DNA of 64,000 bases, from NCBI RefSeq assembly GCF_009914755.1, contig NC_060928.1; one strand, given 5' to 3'. This document shows positions 54,198 to 64,000 of this stretch, one piece after another. The notes below the pieces were generated by a model. The model was not told the DNA's origin. It searched no databases and saw only the letters and a program-made list of their open reading frames with translations. The translations under genes and the position numbers were made by a program. The stretch comes from the human T2T-CHM13v2.0 reference genome, Homo sapiens. Every line of letters begins with the position of its first letter. Within the stretch, counting starts at the first letter, position 1.

Positions 54198-55073
54198 AAG
54201 TCATGTACCTCATACATTGTTTTGGACAATGAGGAACTGTATATACGACAGTGTTCTCATAGGATTATAATGGAGGTGAGAAATTCCTATCACCTAATAA
54301 CATGTTAGAACTTCCAGTGGGACAAGATGCGGAGTTGGAAAACAAGTGATATTTATATTCCTTACCCTGTGTAAGCCTAGGCTAATATTTGTGTTTGTGT
54401 CTTCTTTTTTAACAAACAAACAAAAAGCTTAAAAAGTAAAAAATAAAACGTTAAATGAATAGAAAAAATATTATAGACTAAAGACATAAAATATATACAT
54501 ATATGTTTGTACAGCTGTACAATGTGTTTGTATTTTAAGCTTATTACAACAGAGTCAAAAAGTTAAAAAATATGTAAAAGCTTATAAGAGTTACGGTAAG
54601 CTAATGTTAATTTATTATTGAAGAAAGAAATTTTTTAAACTAAATTTTAGTTTGGCCTGAGTATACAGTGTTTATAAAGTCTACAGTAGTGTACAGTAAT
54701 GTCCTAAGCCTTCACACTCACACACCACTCACTCACTGACTCATCCAGAGCAACTTCCAGTTCTGCAAGCTGCATTCATAGTAAGTGCCCTATACAGGCA
54801 TATCAATTTTTAAATCTTTTATGCCCCATTTCTACTGTACTTTTTCTATGTTTAGATACAAAAACATAATTATGTTCCAATTACTTACAGTATTCCCTAC
54901 AGTAAAATACTGTACAGGTTTGCCGCCTAGGAGCATAATAGTCTATACCACATGTTTAGGTGTGTAGTGGGCTATACTCTCTAGGTACACTCATGACCTT
55001 TGCACAAGGATGAAATTGCCTAACAATGAATGCTTCTCAGAATGTATCCCCATCATTAAGTAATACGTGATTG
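54198..55073 (+). mobile_element. Tigger3 (Golem) derivative DNA transposon
   Basis: AGTCATGT...GATTATAATGGAG..GAAATTCCTATCACCTA; TCCAGTGGGACAAGATG; CACACCACTCACTCACTGACTCA; terminal CCCATCATTAAG...GTGATTG. Confidence 0.85.
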
Positions 55074-55075
55074 TA

Positions 55076-55765
<690 letters not shown>

Positions 55766-55892
55766 ATAGGTAGTACATTTGTGAGTTCTAATTCTTTAAA
55801 TGCTCAATGTTTCTGCAGGTTTTACGGTGCCATTGAAGAGGACTTTTCACGTGGGATTCCTGGATAATTATGACAATATGTTTGCTATAATC

Positions 55893-56041
55893 TTTTTTTT
55901 TTTTTTTTTTTTTGAGACAAGGTCTTACTCTGTTTTCCAGCCTGGAATGCAGTGACACGATCTCAGTTCACTCCAGCCAAAACCTCCGAGCCCAAGCAAT
56001 TCTCCTACCCCAGCATCCTGAGTAGCTGGGACTACAGGTGC
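55893..56041 (-). mobile_element. 5'-truncated Alu right arm
   Basis: TSD TGCTATAATCTTT at 55883-55895 and 56042-56054. Confidence 0.9.
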
Positions 56042-57069
56042 TGCTATAATCTTTTAAAAAATACATAGATCTATAAAGATATGCCTTTAATTATTTTATT
56101 GAATGTCTAGCCTACAGAAATAGCCTATTTTTATTTAACATAGATGAAAGTAGAAGGTAATTATTCACTAATTCATTTTTGAAAAATAAGCAATGATGAT
56201 TTATAAAATAATATACTATTTCAATCCCAAGAATTATTGCAAATTTCGCATGCTTTAAGATATGTTTATTGAACTTGATATAAGCAGCTCAGTTTGTAGG
56301 TAAGTGATAGACAAAGATAAGAGGAAAGTAAGTTGCAGAGAAAATTAGCAGAGTTATCTATTCAAAACTTTCCAAAGTGTTTACGGTTGTTTTTCCACTT
56401 CATGATTTCTTTAAAAGATGTTAATGGATTAATCAATAATTTTTCATGTACACATTCAAAACAATAACCTCAAATTTTCTTAATCCAACTTAATTTAGAG
56501 AATACAATATGAATTAGCCTTAAATATTTTAACATTAATATTTTTATTCTTACATAATTTTATGTGATGATTAACTTGAAAGATTTCTGTGATTGTGATG
56601 TACACTCTTCCAAATTAATATAATATTCAAAATTCTATATACTGTGCTAAAATTAGGTGAAGCATGTTTGTCATTCTTAAGATATATGCTAAAGGAAAAT
56701 TGCAATTTAACCCAACTTTCATTTTGATATTTTACAGATAAGAGTAAAGACTCAGAACGTTTGAGCTGCTTATGTCATTTTCATCTGTTAATAAGTGAAA
56801 GCCCTTTTAAGCCAAAGCTAGTATTCTTTTCTCCATTTATTTCCACAAAACTGTTTAGATAAGAAAGGTGGGATCCTTTTTTACTAAGTACTTTTATTTA
56901 TTATTCTTAATAGGAAAAGTATTTCCAGTTTAGGTTTGTCTAGCTTAACAATATTCAAACTGTTCCAGATACATCATCTCATGTTTTCAATATTCACAAG
57001 CACACATTTTAGTTACATTTCTTATTTATTTATTTAACAAACACATGCTATTGATGCCAACTGATGAGA

Positions 57070-57200
57070 TACGTATTATTATTTTTCACATTTTAAAGAA
57101 GCAGAAATTGAGGCATGAAGCTTTATATATTTGCCCAAAGTATGTGGTAGTTGATGAAATTAGCATTTGAATCCAGCCAGTCTGCCTCCAGAGTAAATAA
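57070..57200 (-). mobile_element. MIR remnant
   Basis: CATTTTAAAGAAGCAGAAATTGAGGCA...TTGCCCAAAGT...ATTTGAATCCAGCCAGTCTGCCTCCAGAG. Confidence 0.75.
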
Positions 57201-58387
57201 GCTTACCTACACAACATTCAGGTATAAATGTCAATCAGCCAAAGTATGTTGGGTACATAGACACAACCTGCCTATGCTACCATATGGAAAAGAAAGATGA
57301 ATAGCAAAGTGGATAAGCAATGCTCTCAAAACTTTTCCTAGATCAGACATTTGTGTTGTCCATTCAAGGATGGTTTCACAGGCCTATTGCAGTGTCTTTT
57401 GAATGATAAGTTCAAACCTTCTTTTATTTCTTGAATTGTATTGAATTATACCTGTAAAGATATTTTCTCTTCCATGACTTTTTTCTTTACTGCTCCAAGG
57501 ACTACAAATATTTGTACCTAGTATTTACTTTGCCTATATTCTATATATACCACTTTATCTCTAGATGTTTATTGAACACATTTACTTTTTTTTCCTCTCT
57601 CGGCATGGTTTACATATTCATTGTTTTGGGGCAAGGTTAGGCTCTTAAATTGGGTTTTACTATTTATTTCCCTACCAGCTATGATATATCTTATTTATTA
57701 ATAGTAAAGTAAAGTATTTCATACATTTAAATCTCACAGCTCTCATTTTGGGGCAATTAAAATTTGATAAAACAAATATTGGAGTACATTATAACTTAGG
57801 AGAAGATATATTCAAATATCTTATTTATATTTTGGAAGGACAATACATGCTCCTATATTATATTGTTTAAAATTTTGATTCTTGTTTTATATGATCATGA
57901 ATTAGTGTTTACCCTTTTTCTTATATAAAAAAAGAATGAAATAGTATAATGTTTGAGGTGTGATATTCAAGATAAATACTACTCCTTTGTTCATTTTATT
58001 AGCTTAAAAAATTTTTCAGTGATAAATTATAGCTACTTTTTCTTAGAGTATGTTATTCAAATTCGCAGAAACTTCTCTAATTTCTACCTTGTTTTTCACC
58101 AGTATTTTCATATATGCATTAACTTTTAATTTTCCCTAATTAATCTGTTATTTGAAATTCTTAATCATTTATGTTGCTTATTTCTTCATCCAATTTGTCA
58201 TCAATCTTCTGATATTTCTTATGAGTATGTTATCTAAAGTGGTGAATTTTTAGGAAAAAATATAGAAAGGTGTAAAAATGAGTTTAAGTTTCTGCCATAT
58301 AATTTTGTTGATTTATTTATTCTTATAAATGTGTAAATTCTTCGTAAGCGTGTAAATATTTTTTACTAATTAAAAAGAAATATGTTT

Positions 58388-58652
58388 CAATTCCTATTCC
58401 TAAACTGTAGAACCATTGATATTCTTCGAAGCATTAATTCTGATAACATTGGAATTTTCAAAAAATATTTTTAAACAATTCCTATCCTTATTTAAATTGT
58501 AGAATCATTGATATTATTTAAAACATTAATTCTGATAACACTGGGATTTTCAAAAAAATTTTAAACAATTTCTATTCCTATTTAAATTGTAGAACCATTG
58601 ATATTCTTTAAAATATTAATTCTGATAACATTGAAATTTTCAATTTTTTAAA
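58388..58652. repeat. Tandem repeat, three copies of an ~88-90-bp unit
   Basis: Units start at 58388, 58476 and 58566 (CAATT.CTAT...TGTAGAA.CATTGATATT...ATTAATTCTGATAACA.TG..ATTTTCAA). Confidence 0.93.
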
Positions 58653-60888
58653 AATTTACTAATGTAATACAAAATGGGAGCAATTAAACACACAATTATG
58701 TGCAAAAGGTTTAAAAGTATTATGTACGGAGCTTATAAAAGAAAAACTGATGTCACATGTGAAAGTGAATAGCAGAATTAACAAGTTTCATCACAAATAT
58801 ATAAAAGAATCTCCATACTGGAAGTCTCACAGTCTCCTAGTCAAAACATGCCACTAGTTCTGTCTCTGCTGAGAGACTGCTTGTAATGGGATGCTCATTG
58901 CCTCTCCTTCCCACTTTTCTGTGACCACATTTGAAGAAAATTTTTCATGGAGCAGGGCTGTCAAAAGTCGAGAAGCTGACTTTTACCTCTCAGCATCAGT
59001 TATTAATTAGCAAATGTACCTGACAACATCCCTTCACTGGACAAAGCTTTTAAGTGACATTTTTCTGCCAGCCACTTCTTATTGTCTGTTTCTTACAGTT
59101 GCCCATTCTCATCACTCCTAATTTATTTCTCTTGAAACAGTGATTTAAATCCTGTAAAAGAAACCTTGAGTTGTAAAATGCCTCTTTCACTTCAACTGAT
59201 TATTTTCCGAAATGGACCCCAGACCATATTAGGCTAGGTTAACTACACTATCATACATACCAGGATGACAAGCCATACACATAGTTCGATATGATTGTGC
59301 ACAAATATCAACTGTTATAGAAAAGCCTTATTTAAAACATTTTCTAACCAACCGCCAGAAAGATTTTACAAGGATAATCTTGCAAAAATCTTTAGTGAGA
59401 TCCTTTGTTATTATTAAACTCTCCAAATTAATCTAACAAAGTTACTTTTCCCTTGCTTTCATCTATCTCAACTTCCAATTATTTGTGACAAATCCTGAAG
59501 GTATTTGACTTACTCTGATTTTTAACAAATCATTTTATCTTTTTAAATACATGGACTACAAAGAAGATATTCGGGAGAAAGTATGTTCACTAATAAATTC
59601 ATTTAGCTAATTTCCCAGCATCAATATTTCTAGGAGCTGTTGGGTTTTCTTCTCATAATGTGGTTCGGTCATTGCACATCTAAATTGTCTGAAAATGTAA
59701 TTCTATCTGAAGAATGGTAATGCTAACATTCAAAAATAGATGTTTTTGCATGGAATTATGATCTTGAAATATCTTTAGTGAATATCAAGTGTCTATCTAG
59801 TTTACTGAACATAAATGTGTAAGAGTTTGTTGAAGATGACCCTGAAATACAATAACTGAAAATAAATGTTAAAAGGATGTGTTGTGGATATGGTGAGAGG
59901 AATAGAAGAGGAAAGGTAAGAACTAGATGGATTCAGTCACAAGGAGAAATTGACACATGTCTAGCTGTCTTGTGGAAATGTGGCATACTTTTACTTCTGT
60001 GGAAGAGAGGCGATAACCTGAATAATTGTCTTACTTTACGTTACTTGCTTTAATGACCACGCTGTATATAACCTGCTAATTCCCACGCCTAAACAAAAGT
60101 TGTGATGAGGTAAAGGTATATATAACACACTTCTAACTAGAAAATATAATTCAAAACAGAACTGCTAGTAAGAGAGCAAAATATCAGACAAATGCTTTAT
60201 TTTAAATACCTTCAATCTCTTCTCTAATATTTCTACAACTTATATTTATCTAAGAAAAGTGAGAACAAAGAAATCTATATTTTCAATATTATTACATCTT
60301 AATTGTTGGCTAAAAAATACTATTACTATTATATGGATGAGACGAAAACATTTTCTGAAGAAAACAATTAAAACTAGTTTTGTATAAAGGAATCTAAATA
60401 AATATTTGATTTAAAATTATATTTATTTAATAATCCAATAGAAAATATTTTCTTAGATCAATAGTTATAAAAGGTAGATTTTATCTAAGGTTCTGAGCAC
60501 AACCAGAAATATAAACAAACTAGAAGTCATTTTGAATTACGTTTTGATTGGACTAGATGTAGTGATAAAAGTTAAAATATGAGCTTTCCATTTATTTTTA
60601 ACTGAGATGTTAAATATGCTCTATTTCTTACATTCCAAATAAAATTTGTCAGTTGGGTCGAATACTTCATTTGAAAGACTATAATCATAAAAATAATTAG
60701 ACATATTGGTAGAAGTTTAAATAATATTATAACTATAGTTTATATTGCCACATTTATCCAGTGCAATCCTGTTTCATAGTAAATCATGCATTTAATAGGT
60801 TTTACTTATAATTAAAAGTTTTACATTTGAAATTTAATATTCATAATTATTTGTATTTTTACTTTATTTGCAATACCCTACATAAGTT

Positions 60889-61259
60889 TTTTATAGACTG
60901 AACTGTATTCTCCCCAAATGTATATGTTGAAACCCTAAACTCCAATGTGACTGTTTTAGGACCTTTATACACATTAAATAGGTCAGAAGGGTTGGGCCCT
61001 AATCCAATATGAATGGTGTGCTTATAAGAAGAGGAAGAGATAAATACAGGGAAGGGCATACACAGAGGAAAGGCCAGGCGAGGACACAGTGAGAAGGCAG
61101 CTATATGCAAGCCAAGGAGAAAGGCCTCACAATAAATCAAATCTGCCATCATCTTGATCTTGAACTTACAGTCTCCAGAACGGTGAGAAAATACATCTAT
61201 GTTGTTTAAGCCACTCAATCTTTGATATTTTCTTATGGCATCCCTAGCAAACTAATACA
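60889..61259 (+). mobile_element. MLT1B/A MaLR solo LTR
   Basis: TATATGTTGAAACCCTAA...GGGCCCTAATCCAATATG...GCAAGCCAAGGAGA...CCTAGCAAACTAATACA. Confidence 0.88.
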
Positions 61260-61718
61260 AAATCCTAAAACCAAGTTGGCAACTTTCCTTTTTTACGACA
61301 AGGAAAATGCTACATACGGAAATCTATGATTTGTTACTTTTGCTTAAAAATTCAAAGTACTTATATACCTGAAACCAAAAAGGTATTGAGTTTTAATCTC
61401 AGACCAATGACTGCCTAAGACAGGGCAGCCAGATGTTTTAGTTTCTTGTCTAAAAATAAAGCACAGTAAGATATAGGAAATCTTGAGCAACCATAGATTT
61501 CTATACAGTGTCAGGGTTTGAAAGTAGAATGCAAGAAAACTTAAAATCATGTGTAGTTTGATATATGTCCACTCCCATTAGGAAAATGGATGGTTGTATA
61601 TAAAGACTATATCTGGTCTTTGAAAATGTATGCAGCTAAGCAGGCTGTTAGTAGTTTAGATAAACAAATCAGAACAGGATTTTAGAACTACACGTGCACT
61701 GGAGGAATTTCAAGAAGT

Positions 61719-62160
61719 TGTGTTGGATATAGTCCATTGAGCTATCCACTTCTACCACCTCCTCAAGGCACTTTTCTGTATGGTGAGGGCAGAAAATTAA
61801 AGACTTCATTTCATAGATTCCCTTGCAGTATTGGATGTGAAGGAGGTTCTATCAATTAGATAGGTTCATACGAGAGTTTTGAAGGGAAAATTTGGGAGGC
61901 AGCCCTTTTTAAATTTTACAGACTTTTTGGCTGTTTGATGGCAAGCAAGTTATGAAAATACGATTATTGTGTGTGTGGATATGTTGGAGAGTTCAGTTTC
62001 CAGCTTCACTGGTATTTGTGTATAGTTCTGGGGCATCAGCCACCTTCTGATTCATTAAGAACAGTATGGCAAACTCAGAGGTCCAGTGGTAGCCCCCAGA
62101 TGATTTTCCACTTCCTTTATTGGGTCAGAGGCTATAGCTCCTGTGGCTGGTCAATTTGAC
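61719..62160. mobile_element. Old ERVL-type LTR remnant (LTR33-like)
   Basis: CATTTCATAGATTCCCTTGCAG...GGATGTGA motif; boundaries uncertain. Confidence 0.45.
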
Positions 62161-63703
62161 ATATAGTATTCTAAAGTGTAGTTCAAAGACTAATTTTCCA
62201 GTAATGCTTTGTTTTGAATCTCGTACTGCTCACAGTATTTAGTGTAATATCTGACTGTAAGAGAAACCAAGAAGTAAATTTCAATTTTATGTATAAAATG
62301 AATTCTATTGTCTTGTGGAAAAGCAATGTATTGTATATATTCTGACTTTTATTTAATATAAAATGCATACAAGTATAACCCAATATATCTCCAAATGTAT
62401 ACATGAGTAGATAAGTATAACTTTTCTGCAGGCATGAATATGCCGCTAATTTCACACATAGAGTTTCTTTTTTCCTTAATCTACAGATACGTTCTTATTC
62501 TACCCTTCATATGTGACATATGTCTACTTAATTGATGATCATATCAACAAAGAGATATCCCTGGTTTCATTGTCAGTTAGTCACAAATTTGCAACACAAC
62601 ATATCTATACACATACACAAAAGGTATTAAACCTAATCTTCCCAGGACCAGTGACAACAGAAAACGTTTATGAAAGGAAAAAAAAAGTTACATTATTATT
62701 TCAGTCTTTTCTTCAATTCAATCACTTTCCCTCCTAGTTCCGAGACTAAAACTGCACTGAGATACAAAACTGTTCTTTCATTGCCCTAAGAATATTTATT
62801 TGTTAAACCTGAAGGAAGCTTTTAAACAGAATTTTAAAAAATTATTTTCATGAAAAAGATATTTTACAAGGAGGGGTAAAAGCATGAATTCCTATGTTTG
62901 TGCAGCCATTAACTAGAAAAGGGCACTTCATTAAATTCTGCTGGGACTTAAGTTCCACTACAATTAGAAATCAGAGGTGACCTAAATGATCTCTTCAAGT
63001 GCTTCTAGTTCTAAAATCCCAGGCTTGTCTTCTGGCTACACTGTACTAGGAAGGAATATTTAAAGAGAGTATTTGAAATGATCCATTAGCTTATGGAAAG
63101 AAAATGCTAAATTAGAACCCATTAATTAAACATGTACAGAAATAAGGGAGGAAATAAGACATTTTCCAAAAGAAAATCCATATACTAATGCAGATTTTTA
63201 TTAAAATAATATCACAAATTATCAATACATATTTTGAAACTCTCTCCATAGTGCTTTCTAATCTTGGACATGTCTCGCTACAATCCTGTAGGAGAAATGC
63301 TGGTGCCTATCTCCATAGAACATTTAAAATATACTTATCTGCAAAGTTATGTGCATTTGTTTTTCTGTCTTAAAAAAATGAAAATATCTTGAAGTCATTA
63401 TTTCGTAGGTTATTATTAGAGAAGCACAACAGTGAGGAAATTCTGGCTGTTTAAAATATATGATATGATAGCAATTTACCCAGGACATTTACTTTTATTA
63501 AGACCTGTGGCTTCACTTTCTTAATATCTTTAGGGCTGAAATTGTTTTAGGTATTAGGAGGAGATAGCAGTGGCAGCAACATTTTGGAATTTATCATGAG
63601 TCTATCTAAAGTACTTTTCTCCAGTTCATTGCCTACGTAAAAAAGATAAAGGCCTCTGAAAAAAGCTTTGGAGTGCAGATTTTAGTATAAAATTTACAAA
63701 TTA

Positions 63704-64000
<297 letters not shown>

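Noticed and set aside
58388-58652. Possible CRISPR-like array
   Set aside because: Whole units are repeated with no unique spacers, there are no cas genes, and the context is primate DNA
60859-61218. 119-aa minus-strand ORF
   Set aside because: Lies almost entirely within an MLT1 LTR; chance open frame

Overview
AT-rich, CpG-depleted primate genomic DNA (catarrhine, most likely human), typical of a gene desert or large intron. No protein-coding gene, tRNA, rRNA or CRISPR array is supportable. The listed ORFs are Alu/L1/LTR-derived, low-complexity or of chance length. Much of the window is fossil transposable elements: about 18 Alu/FLAM/FRAM copies, a near full-length internally deleted L1PA (25.1-30.1 kb), a 5'-inverted L1MA, old L1M/L2/MIR remnants, many solo LTRs (MER52, MLT2A, MER21, LTR47-like, THE1, MER4 with nested MER57, MST, LTR1, MER31, MLT1) and DNA transposons (Tigger types, MER2, MER20). 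Subfamily names come from recalled consensus sequences, not from a database search. I did not find a convincing novel biological system. The most notable observations are local rearrangement signatures: a ~200-bp fold-back inverted duplication crossing a transposon end (2.9-3.4 kb), a templated insertion apparently copied from 3.4 kb away (15.5 vs 19.0 kb), a 3 x ~89-bp tandem array (58.4 kb), internally deleted Alus, and a few candidate non-coding exons.
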